64,000 nucleotides of DNA from Bispira polyomma (Eukaryota). Under the pieces are notes generated by a model, which saw only the letters and a list, made by a program, of their open reading frames with translations, made no database searches and was not told the origin of the DNA. Position numbers and translations under genes: made by a program. The DNA lies in the NCBI GenBank assembly GCA_965649765.1, contig OZ287761.1, positions 13,144,001-13,208,000 of the forward strand, in the 5' to 3' direction. Of this stretch, positions 36,466 through 49,612 are shown in pieces (position 1 is the stretch's first letter; each line of letters starts with the position of its first letter).

Positions 36466-38800
36466 CCCAGAGGGCAGACGACCAGATAGAAAAAGCCCTC
36501 AGGGGTCTAAATTTTAGAACTGATTGTCTACATGCTAATTTGGATTAGCATTGTTTTCATAAACTTCTGTCATTTGTAAGCCCTACTGTCACCAATCAGC
36601 GATGTAGCAGTAAAAAGGCAACAACCATGTGTCTTGGCGACATAATAATCGGTCTATGGTCTCACAGTTGACTAAATATTATCATACATATGGTCTAATA
36701 TGTCTACTCATCAATGTGCTTGGATAGTGTAAAATAAACTCCACCAACAAGAGCAGCTGCGAATATAATGAGCAGAACAGAAAAATGCATAAAAATATGA
36801 AAGGTTACTTTCGGCAGTGTATCTGAAAGTGCAGGAAACATTGTGTAAAGAAAATTAGAAGAGAAAAAAGAACAAAAAAAATAGAAGAGAGATCTAGAAA
36901 CAAGGTATATATAATAAAAATATGCCACAATATTAAGTGATTAATAAAGGTCGCACAGTTTGAGGTCACCATGCATAATAAACATTCGTAGTATATCGGT
37001 GTACACATACTAAGGATGTCCCCCCTCCCTCCCCCCTAAGATCTACTGCTGGGTTTACACATAGGGACTTAAGTGATGGACTTAAAAACATGAATTTTTG
37101 GGCTGGTTGTACACGGGGGTCTGAATAATTGGACGGCAATAAACTAACTACCTGATGTGGTATCACAGGGGGTACATCGTCAGAAAAACCTGGAAAATCT
37201 TGAGCCCTCGGGTGAGCCATTTTCATAGGATCTTCTTACGCCCCCATCTCGCAACCATGTCCTGTACTTAAGCCGAAAAAGTGTCGGCAATATATCCAAC
37301 CATAGAACAAAGCTCTTAGCTATCCAGATTTAGAACAGGCTGCTAATATCCAGAACACACAAATTCTCTTAATTCCTATCTGTCAAAACACACCAGAGGT
37401 GACGACTAGTGTGCAACTCCATCAGTCACTGGTCGAACGTAAATCTGTGTCCTTAGAATGACTCCGAATTTCCATAAAGTTTTGCATATTTGGTTATCCT
37501 TTGTCTAAAATAAATGGCAAATTTAATGCATTACACAATTCATAGGATAAGTATAATATACATGACAAGTTTGTATTATTTAAACGTGGTTAAATATGTT
37601 CGGAAATTATTCTTATTGGCATTGTAATTCCGATATGCCCACGTTCCAATAATATTATTTCTAGGAAGAATCCCTGATGTAACATGAGTTTTCATTGGCT
37701 TGTCGCCGAATGACGATTTGGTAATAATAAATAAGGTTCACTTCCTGCATGCGCTGTCCTTAACACTGTGCACTTAAAATAGAAGATGTCACAGTTTTGA
37801 CTTAAAACATAGTTTAGAAGAAACTGTGTAGAATATATGACATCGATAGACGCTTAATAAACTTAAGTTTGTTATTTAGTTATTGTGACTCTATTAATTA
37901 AGCTTCGTGAATTGAGTATAGTCAAAAGTTAACATTGGAACTTGTAAATTTTAAGTAGACTTAACTTTTACAGAACCGGTTTTCCAAACGTTGTCTTTGC
38001 AAATTATCTTGTATATAGGACATATATCTGCTTAATTGAATGAAATAATATTTTAAAGTTAAATAAACAATCTGAGACAGAAATTGTATTTCACTAAGGT
38101 ATTCACAATATTAAAGACCATTAAAAAGTTGTAGTAGTTCAGACAGCTGATTACCAGTGTGCTTGCAATGTATTGAGATGGTATAAAAAGTCTGAGGTGA
38201 CACAGTCAGATTAAAGATTATTATTTTTTACTGGGAAGGAATAAGATATACTGCCATATTCACTGCATATTGTGCAGTATATGCAACTTCAAGCTGAATC
38301 AAGAATTTAGTTACTGTATTCTTTCACTTGCCTCTGCCACAATTAAAGCACATTGAACGCTCTATTGGTGCTATATGTATGTGATATGTATATAGGCCTG
38401 TGCTATATAATAAACCTTATAACATCTGAAATTATTATTTTATATTTTTTACTTTTAAAAAATAATACAATAAAAACTACTTTTAATTTACGACAGCATA
38501 TGGTGAACAGCATAAAAACATCTACTTTCATAGAGTTGCAAATAAGTTACAGAAATGCATGAGTAAACAGGCACTACACTCATAAAGATTTTGGATAATG
38601 TAATCAGTTATTTCTGGCAACCTTAGTTCAGTGTACTTCACACTAAAATGCCAACAGGTCCATCTCGTGCTAATAATTTAAGTTATCTTTGGGACATACA
38701 TGTGTATGTTTGACCTTAATGGTCAGTAAGTTTATATTTTCTCAATTGTAATTTGTTTATTTTATCAGCGAGATAAAAGTACAGATGAGGTAAATGCTTT

Positions 38801-39008
38801 CACGAGCAGTTATAATACCGGTCGGGTCGCATTACCTATCCCTGCACATTTCAATAAAACGTAATTTTTTTTAAAAAAAAAAATAACGTATTCTGTACTT
38901 TAATTCATCGGAATGAAGTACCATGTCTTTTCAATATTATTTTCTCTCGCTAATTTTTTTAATGCAACGGACAGAATAGTGACCTGACTAGTATTATGAC
39001 TGCCCATG
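38801..39008. mobile_element. MITE family D
   Basis: CACGAGCAGTTATAATACCGGTCGGGTCGC ... GTGACCTGACTAGTATTATGACTGCCCATG. Confidence 0.55.
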
Positions 39009-40409
39009 TAGTAATGTTGAATTATACTTGTTAGTGGAACATTTTTAAGGATTAATCCAATTAATAAATATATTTATCTGTTGACTAGTGCATATAAAAT
39101 CATGAAATCTAATGATGAAAGAAATCCTATTGTCTGGATAAAGTACTCTTCCTTTTATAGAAGTGAAAACAGCCTCTAGAAGTAAAACATACAAGCCATG
39201 TTGTTCATCCAAATGTGTGCAAAACAATCCAACATGATAAACATACCCCAAGATTTAACATTGGGTGTATGCAAATTTTTTTTTGCAAAAATAATAATAA
39301 GCAATAATGATACATCTTGCAGTCCCAAAATCAGCAAACAGTTACTGTTTCTCTTATAGTTTACTGTATGTAATATATGCCAAAAATCAAAAGTTAAAGT
39401 TTTTTTTTTTTTTTTGTAATGGCATTGTTTGGAATACCAATGCAAATTAGTTTAACAATTGTTTATCTCCATTTGCTCCTTAGATATAAATGTAGTTTTA
39501 TCAAACGTTAAGTATTTCCAATTTTTGCCAATGTAATAGATCTTTAAGATTCAAAGTTTTTATGATAAGATCAGTTGACTTAATAGTCCTACAACAAGAA
39601 TTATCTCTAGACTATATATTTTTTGTTTTATAACATAATTAGGTTATACAGAATAAAAGAAATACTAGAAGGAAATTTTTCTGTGATTTAAGGAATTTTT
39701 CAGAGTAAAATGATTTTTCTCTGTTGTCCTCCAATGCTGCAAGACCGTTTCCATGTATTCAACGATAAATGTTATTATTTTCCCGAGTTTTGGGTTACCA
39801 GACTACTACATACTGATCAAAAATTTTGGAGTGCATTGTGATTTTCTGGCGCGTTGTGTATCAGATAACGTTAATGATCATTATATGCTCATATATAGTT
39901 GGACAGATGTATTTAATTAAAGTTTGTCCAATTCGAAAAAATAATGATCATTTGTCCACATTTTAGTTGTTTTTTATTGTTATTCATTGTGTCAGTTTTA
40001 GGTTGGTGTTAAATCCTTAAAGTTCCTTGTGGGGCGGGAGATTTACGAAGATTATAGGTAAATACTCAATAACGTAACCTTGATCATGTCCTATAGAATA
40101 TTTTCACAAGAGTCTTATGTTTCCTTTAGTGTCACTGAATCCTCAATTTATATCCAAGTTATGAAAGATTTTCACTGGGGATAAAATTTATTCAGTGTCA
40201 CTATATCCAACTTTTAGTATTATTAGACATAATTAATTAGATTGCAAGTTTATAAAATAATCCTCTATTTTCTGTTGCCATAAACCCTGTCCCCCATAAA
40301 GTTATCTGCATGACGGCATATAATAATATTGTAAGTTAAATTTATATAATGACTTATTATGGTCACTTTAAGACATTAACAAAGACACCCATAACAGATA
40401 AAAATTATA

Positions 40410-41967
40410 GTACATAAATTTATTGAAGAAGATATATATATAAGGAAGAGATTGTATGAAAAAAAGTGTAAATTAAAAAGTAGTTATACATACATAGAGA
40501 TAAAAGTAATAAAATAAACTAAAGGAAACACAAGATATTGAATAGAATAGTTTACAAGTTGTAAACAGTTTAAAAAGATATGTCTTAAACAATTTTTTGT
40601 AAATTATGGCAAGAGATGGCAGATCTAATATGGGCAGGTAATTTGTTCCACTTTCTTGGCATGACTAATTAAAATAATTGCGTAGATGTGCTGGACCTTA
40701 ATAGATGTTCCTGAATTTCGATCCAATAGAGGTGCAACAGTTCTGATAAATCAGATGGAGCTTTATTGTTCAAAGATTGTTAAACATATGTTACAAAAAA
40801 GAACGCGTTCATTTACAGGTAGCCAGTGTATCTTGATTAAATACTCTTTGGCAGTGTCCATTGAACTAGCTTCATATATTGGTCTTGTGGCAATCTGGAA
40901 TCTTTTGTAAATGGTGAATATTCCTCTGTTTTTTTTTTGTACCAACCAGTAGAATACAGCAATAGTCTAAGTGCTATATTACAATAGCTTGAACTAGTGA
41001 TTTACATGCACCAACTTTCTGATTCTCTTCAACTTTCTTAATTGTCCTTGGTTGGTAGCAGCTTTTTTCTTTACAGAGACATCTGTGTTCATGTTTTCAT
41101 CAAAATATGCACCAAGATTCCTGACTGAGGACACATATTTATTGTGCAGTCACCAACTGTAATTTCTATGCTGGCATATTTTAAAGATGGTATATAAACT
41201 TAGATCCAAATAGTGGCACTTCTCTTTTGCTGTCATTTAGCTTAAGCATATTAGTTTTCATCCAGTTCTGGATATCCGCAGCACACTTTTCTAGCTGAGC
41301 CAGATTTATTAGGATTAGTAGAAACACATAGAGTTGACTATCGTCTGCATAAAACATAATTTCCAGATTGTAAAAATGAGCAATATCCGATAAAGGTGCA
41401 ACATATAATGTGAAGAGCAAAGGTCCCATGGCAGACTGATCCCTGTGGTACTCCAAAAAAGAAGTTATTTTATCCAATGTTCTGCCATTGATTAGAACTC
41501 TCTGAATTATGTGGTGTAGATAAGACTTAAACCATTCTAAACAAGTGTAAGTGATCCAAAATCTTAATGACAGTTTTTTAAGTAGAATCTCATGATCAAT
41601 TGTGTCAAAAGAAGCGCATAAATCCAGAAGGATAAGTGCTACCTGTTTCTTGCTTGAAATTGATTAAGTAATGTCACTGTGCAGCATAGTAGGCAAGTTT
41701 CTGTTGAGTAACATTCATGGTAGGCCAATTGAGTTTTTTCCCCTAAAATGTTGGAGATGATATGTTAGTCGAAGAGCTACAGCTTTCTCATTTATATTTT
41801 AAATGAATGGCAGGTTGCTAACTGGTTAATATTTCCTTAAATAAATTTTTAAATTAAAAGTTATCTTTTTTAATTAATGGAGTAATGTGTGCACGTTTCT
41901 GTGATGATGCAAATATACCAGTTTTAAGATATTTATTAACCATTTATGTAATAATCGGCACTAAGGA
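40410..41967 (-). mobile_element. L2/CR1-clade LINE relic, RT to 3' end
   Basis: [30 protein letters not shown] and HWLPV motifs with stops and frameshifts; AATAAA near 40420. Confidence 0.85.
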
Positions 41968-43577
41968 GACTACATGTTCACTGACAAGTCCAGTCCTGAT
42001 TCTGCCCAGGCAGCTTTTACCTCCTTACAGAACTCCTTTGTAAATGTACAACACTGGATGGCTGCAAATAAACTCAAGCTGAACCCCGACAAGACTGAGT
42101 TTATTTTTTTTGGCTCCGAGTCGCAACAGGAAAAACTGTCCACCTGTTTCCCAGTTGATATTCTTGGAAGCAAGCTTTTTCTAACTGACAAAGTACACAA
42201 CCTGGGCATGTTGTTCGACTCTGAATTCTCCTTCTCCAACCATGGTGCATCCATGTGTAGGTCATGTTTTGTTGGCCTCCGTGATTTCAGGCAAATTCAA
42301 CGTTATCTTACCAAATTCATTGCAATCACTGTTGCCAATGCCTTGATTACTGCAACTCTCTGTTCCATTCCCTATCTAGTAATGATCTCAGACCCCTTTA
42401 GAATGTTCAACACTCACTGGCTCCCATTGTGGCCAAATCTTCTAAATTTTCTCATTAATACTCCTGTACTCAAGTCACTCCACTGGCTCCTAATAAAATA
42501 TTGTGTTGCTTTCCAAAGTGCAACAATTTTATGTAAATTTCTAAATTCCAGATTACCCACTTATTTCAGCCCCCATCTATCCAAATATACATGCTCAGTC
42601 AAGACTAGGCGCAGTAACACTGATAAGTTATATCCTAATATTTTCACTGTCGACCCTTGCATCCACAAATCCAAAGTACATTTTAAAAATTGCCTAGCTC
42701 ATGATAACCCCTTCATATGGAACGGCCTGCCTGATCATTTTCGCATGGCTCAAACTTTCTCCTCTTTCAGGAGTAAGCTGAAGGCCGACCTTTTTGAACA
42801 GGCCTTTCTACTCTAGCAGTCGCAACTATTCCAGCAGTCTTCCTGGTTATGACCACCATCCGTTCACAGATTTTTGGGCAGGCTGCGTGTAACCAACACA
42901 CATATTAGATGGATATGTCCTGTGTCTGTCCGTCAACATTTTGATTGCCTGACATTTAAAGGAAAACTATTTGAGGTATCATCACAAAATTTGTTGTGGA
43001 CGTGTATCATGTCAATAGCTTAGTTGGAATTGTATTTGGGCCCATTCCAAAAAACAAGATGGCCGTGGCGGCTATTATTACCAAATTTGTTGTCGAGGTG
43101 TATCATGGTAATAGCTTGGTTTGGATTCTATTTGGGCCCATTCTGAAAAACAAGATGGCCGCCACGGCTATCTTGAAAACGGTTTTCTCTTATTTAAAGG
43201 AAAAGTATTGCAGCTATCATCGCCAAATTTGTTGTGGAGGTGTATTATGTCAATAGCTTGGTTGGGATTAGATTTGGGCCCATTTTGAAAAACAATATGG
43301 ACGCCCTGATCTGAAAAGCGTTTTTTTTTTTAAAAAATGGCTGCTGTATGTCCGTGTGTCTGTCCGTCAACATTTTATTTTCCGGACTCTAACTCCAAGA
43401 CACTTCTGCCGATCAATTTGAAAATTTGACAGAGCTGTAGGACTAACCCTGATACCAATTGCGCAACCCGCCTTTTTGCGGTCTATAACCCCACTTGTTG
43501 ATTAATACTTAGGTTTTCGCACCTTAGAATTCGTTGTACGTAGATTAAGTGCTTTAAAAGTACAACTAGATTAGATA
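41968..43577 (+). mobile_element. 5'-truncated L2-like LINE inserted into the minus-strand LINE
   Basis: ORF 41974-42816 (WMAANKLKLNPDKTEFI, LKSLHWL, WNGLP, FRSKLKADLF); 3' UTR split by a HINE; (TAGAT)n tail at about 43567-43576. Confidence 0.85.
42871..43499 (+). mobile_element. HINE/DINE-1-type element in the LINE 3' UTR
   Basis: T-run, subterminal repeats GGGCAGGCTGCG / GCGCAACCCGCC, GTCTGTCCGTC microsatellite relic, internal AAAACAAGATGGCCG repeats, 3' hairpin and CTTGTT end. Confidence 0.8.
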
Positions 43578-44900
43578 AGTTGGCAGTGGATCTTCCTTAC
43601 AGCTGGCAAATGATGCTGTTGTAATTAGTTTCGAATTTCCTCTTTAGATGCTGCTGAATGTGAAAGCTGTTCTTGTAAATTATACTTGGCAATAGCTTCT
43701 CTCGAACAACTGCAGTAATTGCTTCTGCAGATGCTGACTTGGTGATGTCATCCCTGATCTTGATAATTTTATCAATGAAATAATTATTAAACGAAGATGC
43801 TAAAAAGCAATCATCATCACATATATCTGATTACCCATGGAGTAATGTAGCAACAGACAACAGTTTCTGCTTGTCCTTGTCACACTCAATAATTTTATCA
43901 GGAAAAAATCCTATTTTCAGATATTTGGGGACAAATTTACAATGATCACGGTATCTGGTGCAATTATGTTCTGATCTTGTTTTCTTCCATTTCCTTTTAT
44001 ACCGTCTTTTTTGCACTTTTTTTTTGGAGCATTATACCAAGATGTATAAGTATTATGTCACACAAAAATCTGTTTTTCAGTAATACATCCATGTTTATTC
44101 AATATTGATCTAAGGTTTTCATTGTAACATGCAACTACATCATCTTGAGAGCAGGAAGAGGGCACAATGTTGACGGTATCTTTAGCCAATTGAGCAGCAT
44201 AAATATATTTTATTTTTTGAGACAGTACTTTTAGTAGTTTCAGCATGATGATCAAATATATAAGGGAAAGCTGCAACGGTAACATCAAAGTTGATACAAT
44301 CTAATCTGGTTATTAGTCAATCCAAACAGTTACCACTTTGTAAGTTGTAAGTTCGGAAATTCACACTTTGAACCAATCCATGATTCTCCAAAAGTTCATA
44401 TAAATTGTTTCTTTCTGTGTTGTTGTAACTACAGTGATTATTAAAACCACCTATAGAATAATCAATGATTGTAGTAGAGCAGCCACATTTACAATGTGCT
44501 CACAAAATTCATAATAAAATTCTTTGAAGGTGAAACCATTTTTCTGATTTATTGCTAGTTTATATACAATATTCAACCTTTATGTGGTATTGTTACATGA
44601 GATTATAAGCTCTTGTAATTTAAATGTTCTGTATCTTATTGATTTAACTTTTATGTTGGATTTATTAATCAGACCTGTTGCACCTCCACCGCCAAATATT
44701 TCAGATTTTTAAAATTAATGCATTGTAATATTATAAGTTCATTAATGTACAATTAAATTGTATGTTTTTTTTTCATCTTGTAACATCGAAATTTTTAAAG
44801 TTTTATAATAAAATAATGTCTAATAACTGATTATCAAAAGCTTCTTTGAATGACTCTATAATAGTCCAGTCAAAATATTGATTGACCAAGGAATAATTGC
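43578..44900 (-). mobile_element. 5' continuation (endonuclease/linker region) of the 40410-41967 LINE
   Basis: DPLPT motif at about 43575-43592 joins the LVPIIT motif at about 41950-41965 across the insertion; YNENLRSILNKH linker; heavily decayed. Confidence 0.7.
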
Positions 44901-44936
44901 AAAATTATTTTGCAGCATGCATTTAATTAAGTCAAA

Positions 44937-45056
44937 GTTGATGGTTTTACGTCACGTTTAACAGCCAGGGTCATATTGGGACAGACCCACAGCATTTGTC
45001 ACTTGTATGAGGCGAACCCACACAGAGGTGACAGCATGTGATTAGATGCCAAACAT
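44937..45056 (-). mobile_element. tRNA-derived SINE fragment (V-SINE-like 3' part)
   Basis: Minus-strand B-box-like GGGTTCGCCTC, then AATATGACCCTGGCTGTTAAACGTGACGTAAAACC. Confidence 0.6.
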
Positions 45057-45297
45057 GCATTTACTTAAGGGATAATAACATATTAAAAATATAGAAAAAT
45101 ATAATGGAGGGAAATCTATATATTTTTATATGTTTTAAAAAGGGTCATATTTTTACACAATGTACAAGTCTTAATTGTCTGACTAAGCGCAGCTGTGACA
45201 TCACAGACTAAAAATTATGTCAGAACTTTACAGTGGTGTCATTATGATGTACTGATTACATTCAAATGACTTAATAACATAGCTTTGTTGCAGAGGA

Positions 45298-45440
45298 GTA
45301 AAAGAAGGGGAGGAGTGAGAGAGGGGTGAGACTAAGAGAGAGAGAAAGGATAAAGGGGGGCCAGGGGGTAAGAGGGAGTGGACGAAGGGGGATAGAGGTA
45401 AGTGACACCGAGAGAGATAAAGGGTGAGGGGAGGAGAGTA
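45298..45440 (+). repeat. Polypurine (GA-rich) low-complexity tract
   Basis: Almost exclusively G and A on the plus strand. Confidence 0.8.
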
Positions 45441-45879
45441 CAATGTAGGATATTAATAGGGGTAGGCAGTATATTTCCGCAACTCCCTTCGTTTTCACCT
45501 TTCCCCTTCTTTATGAAAGCAGCGCATACACAGGAAGTTAAGAAACTGTTTCAGTAATATGCCACAGTACTTAACTTATGCTTGTTAATGTCTGGATAAT
45601 TTAGTTCTCTTGTGTTTCCTATATTATTAGTATGTGATCAATGACCTATTTCGCTACCTTATGCAACAAAAACAATTTCTGTTGCAATTATTCTCAGGTT
45701 GACTTATTTTGTTTGCTAAATTTACGATTAGGGATAATTACAAGGGACAACCATGTGCTTACTAAGCGGTGTCAAACTTTAAATAAACCATTGTGACAAG
45801 TTGTTTTTAATTTCAATTCAGGGTAATTAATCTCTAACTAAGGAATCAAGTGCAATATTTCAAGTATTCACCAATATGT

Positions 45880-46692
45880 CTCATCTCAAAATAATGTTAC
45901 AAAGGTATTTTCTTCTTTAGGATTGACATGGAAAAATATATTCTATATATGTTTTTGTTTATTAACACAAAATCATTTCATTTGGTTTCAGTATAGAATA
46001 TTGCATTGTATACTTGACACAAGGAGTTTACTTTTTAAAATGTTCATTAGTGAATCAGACATTTGTAGATTGTGCAATACTGACTGTAAAACAATACAAC
46101 ACTTATCTATGTTCTGTCAACCAGTGCAACAACTATGTAGTGATTCGAAGCAGTGGTTATAATACTATTCCACTATACTGAGGTTTATTTTGATCCAAAG
46201 CATATTGTATTAGGTACTATTGACAATGATAGAAAGAAATTCCTTCTAATCAACCTTATTATAATAGCAACAAAACATTATATTCTCTCATGTCCTATAA
46301 AGAACAAAACATTAAACTTCCATACCCTAAGAAAAACTTAAACATATTTACCAAAACGAATATTATGTTTCTAAAGAAAAAGGAAGGCAAGACACATTTA
46401 AAGAAACTTGGTCAAACAATGCAGACACTCTTTAACACAAATATATTGAAGATGTATAATTGTGGTAGTATTGTTCTGTATTTAAGTATATTTCTTCATT
46501 TATTCTTGTTTTTATAGTACTGTAGTTCAACTATGTATTTATTTGTTTGTTTTTTTTTCTATTTTTCTTAATGTACTAAAGCATCCATGTGCGAAAATTT
46601 ATTTATATATTTCAATTTTTGTACTATTTATTGTATAATACATTATATACTGTGAAATTAGGGAATAATAAAAATCAAAATTAAAAAAAAAA
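45880..46692 (+). mobile_element. L1/Tx1-clade LINE 3' fragment (zf-RVT region)
   Basis: WFQYRILHCIL...ICRLC...TIQHLSMFC zinc knuckle; LINLIIIATKHYI; AATAAA and A-tail at about 46667-46692. Confidence 0.8.
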
Positions 46693-46696
46693 CAGT

Positions 46697-46998
46697 CAGG
46701 GGAGTAGCCAGGATTTTTCATCTGGTACTACCAAATTAAACCAAAATATTAGGTTCATTTTTTTGTCCTATAAAAAATTTAATTCATGGGGGGAGGGGGG
46801 GGGGGGGGGGGTAAACACATAATATTGTGGTTTAATTGGGGAGTACTAAATAAAATTTTATTTAACAACAAGAATCTATGTTACTAATAAAACAAACAGA
46901 ATAAATTTTTTTTTTTTTTTTTTTCAAATATAATAAAAAAATTAGTTTTTTTTTTCTTTCTTGTCATTAAATTTTCGTTAATGCTAGCTACGCCCCTG
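46697..46998. mobile_element. MITE with CAGGGG(C/A)GTAGC TIRs (hAT-like)
   Basis: CAGGGGAGTAGC ... GCTACGCCCCTG; partial copies at about 51063-51180 and 53640-53848. Confidence 0.7.
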
Positions 46999-47594
46999 GA
47001 CCTTCAAAAGAATTTAACTAAAACTTGAAATTTAAAAGTTTCATAGGATTAATTATGGCATTCATGTTTGCAACACTATTGATTTTTTTTCCTGGCATGA
47101 CTTTACTACCAAAACTTAAAACAGGGAACACACATGCCTACACAGATTACATTTACAACCCATCTCTTGTGTTTACTTTCCCTATCAACTGCATATGTTT
47201 CAACAAAAGCACATAAGGTTAATGTTGAAGTCAATCACTTAGGCCCTTTTAGTTCTTTGAAAACAAGCATGTGGATTTTACTGTTGTCATATAAACAGTA
47301 TGGGATTTGTGAGTTATACTAAATAGACTGGCAGTCAAAAAAGTTGCCAGTACATAATTATTTTTTTCACCGATAGGTGGCCCAATCTACTTCCAGGTGA
47401 GTGAGCAAGGCCCTTCAATCCACACAGGGATTTAGAGTAAAGTCATAATGCCCTCATTGAAGGACCTTGCACAAGGTCTAACTCATGACCAAAATACCTT
47501 TTTGGGAAAACCAGTAATGAGTTGACAAAATTGAATATAAAAGGACTGAAGATAATGGAGGTTATACTATGTGTAAGCAAATCTTACCTTACTC

Positions 47595-48698
47595 TTAAGG
47601 TACAAATAATTAACTTAGATGATCACCTATCATCTTCCATAAAGCTCTCATATGGAGTACCCTAGGGATCCTTCCTTGGCCCTCTACTTTTTACCCTTTA
47701 TACACATCCTCTCAGCACTGTCATCAATAAACACAATATTAAACACCACATGTATGCAGATGACACTCAACTCTATCTCTCTCTCTCAATCTGCAAAATG
47801 CAAATACAAACATAGACCGACTTGCAGACTGTCTGTCTGATGTCCAGGCGTGGATGAACTACTCCAAACTAAAACTCAATCCTGACAAAACAGAATTCAT
47901 CCTCATTGGAAATAAGGAAAACTGTGAGCTCCTAACATTTTTGTTTCCCATCTTCCTGCTGGGAAAAGACATACTACCTTCTGAAAATGCCAAAAACCTG
48001 GGTGTGACTTTTGATTCAACTTTTTCATTTGACACTCAGATTGCCAACATCTGTTCCTCCTGCTATTAGCATATATGCGACATCAAAAGAATCAGAAACC
48101 ACCTGTCCATGGACACAGCGATAACTGTGGCAAATGCCCTTGTGAGTAGCCGCCTCGACTACTGCAACTCTCTCTTGTACAGAACAAACAAGTCACACAT
48201 TAAAAAGCTTCAGTCCATCCAAAACTACCTATGTAGGGTAATTTTTCGCCTGGGTTGTCCCACAGCATCACTCCTTACCTCAAAAAATTACACTGGCTAC
48301 GTTACTACTTCTGAGGCTGTAGTCACTCAACAGCCCCCTACCTTGCCTCCCTTCTCTCCTTCAGTAAAACCAAGAGAGGCAACAGACTCTCCGTCATTCC
48401 TGTCAGACCAATCAGGAAGGCGGGATTCAGAGCGTTCTCCACTGCAGCTCCATGGTTATGGAACAATCTCCCAGTCGACCTCAGATCAGTTGACACACTT
48501 ATCGGTTTTAGGAAAAAGCTTAAAACCTATCTTTTTAACCTTGCCTACCCACCTTAGCTTCCCTCGTGCATGCTCCCACTTCCTTCCTTACAACTTTGCA
48601 ATTTCCATGGACTTAATGATTAGACCAATGATTCTGCTATTGCGCTTTAGAAGATGCCTGGCAGTAAAGTACGTTAAAAATTATTAATAATAATAATA
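47595..48698 (+). mobile_element. 5'-truncated L2-like LINE
   Basis: [36 protein letters not shown] and SRLDYCNSLL motifs; (TAA)n tail at 48683-48698. Confidence 0.9.
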
Positions 48699-48867
48699 AG
48701 CAGGAAAATGAATCATTTAATGGCATAATTTGTTTTGTTAACCTGTTACTTTTAAGCTTGTGCCAATAGTCTGTGTTTTTTACACTAAAATGTGATTTTT
48801 TTTTACTTTTAATTTGTTTCGATTAAACAATAACCACTAAAACAACAATTGCCTTCCAGAAAACTCT

Positions 48868-49410
48868 GCCTATTTGAATTCACCTAGATTATCGCTCCCC
48901 TCCCTATTTGAATTCAGCTAGATTAGCTTTCCCGCCCTATTTGAAGTGGCCTAGATTAGTCCTCCCCACCCTATTTGAAGGAGCGTAGATTAGCCCTCCG
49001 TCCTCATTGGTTGTAAGGGATTGAATTTTCTGGCCTCATTGGTGAACCCTCTTCATTGGTTGTCAGGATTGAACTCTCAGGTCTCACTGGTTGTCCTCTT
49101 CTAGGCATCCATGGGAATTGAACCCTTTATCCTCGTTGGTTGTCAGGATTGAACTCTCAGGCCTCACTGGTTGTCCCCTTCTAGACCTCCACGGAGATTG
49201 AACCCCTCTGGCCTGTATGGTGATCAGTTCAAGGGCTCTATGGGGTTGAACCCTCCGGCCTCCTTGGTTGTCAGGGATTGAACCCTCCAGTCTGATTGGT
49301 TGTCCCTTCTAGGTCTGAACAGTATTTAACCTGCAGCCTGATTGGTTGTCCCTCCTAGGTGCACAAGGGGATTGAACCCCTGGCCTGATTGGTTGTCCCT
49401 CAATGGTTGT
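48868..49410. repeat. Compound minisatellite: CCCTATTTGAA..TAGATTAG units of about 34 bp, then ATTGGTTGTC..GGATTGAACCC units
   Basis: Four units at 48868-49000; about 8 G(A/G)TTGAA(C) units at 49002-49410. Confidence 0.85.
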
Positions 49411-49545
49411 CTATGTGTCCTACCTCTACCCCACGAGAGGAGACAATGTTTGATGCCTTTTTTTGTATATTTAAGTGTTGAAATAGAGATTCTTGAATGA
49501 AGTAAAGAAATCAAAACAGTTTCCATTTTCAATAATTTTTATCAT

Positions 49546-49612
49546 GTGGGATTTGAACCCACGTCCATACACTTTGCAGTACTGTATTTTACCACTGCAC
49601 CACTGAGCTACA
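49546..49612 (-). other. tRNA-like Pol III head (A and B box), probably a SINE or element relic rather than a functional tRNA
   Basis: GTAGCTCAGTGGTGCAGTGG...ACTGCAAA...GTGGGTTCAAATCCCAC; acceptor and anticodon stems do not pair properly. Confidence 0.55.

Noticed and set aside
41974-42816. 280-aa ORF as a host gene
   Set aside because: It is the C-terminal part of an L2-type LINE ORF2, 5'-truncated, with internal frame disruption.
49546-49612. Functional tRNA-Cys
   Set aside because: A and B boxes are present but the cloverleaf stems fail; treated as a relic.
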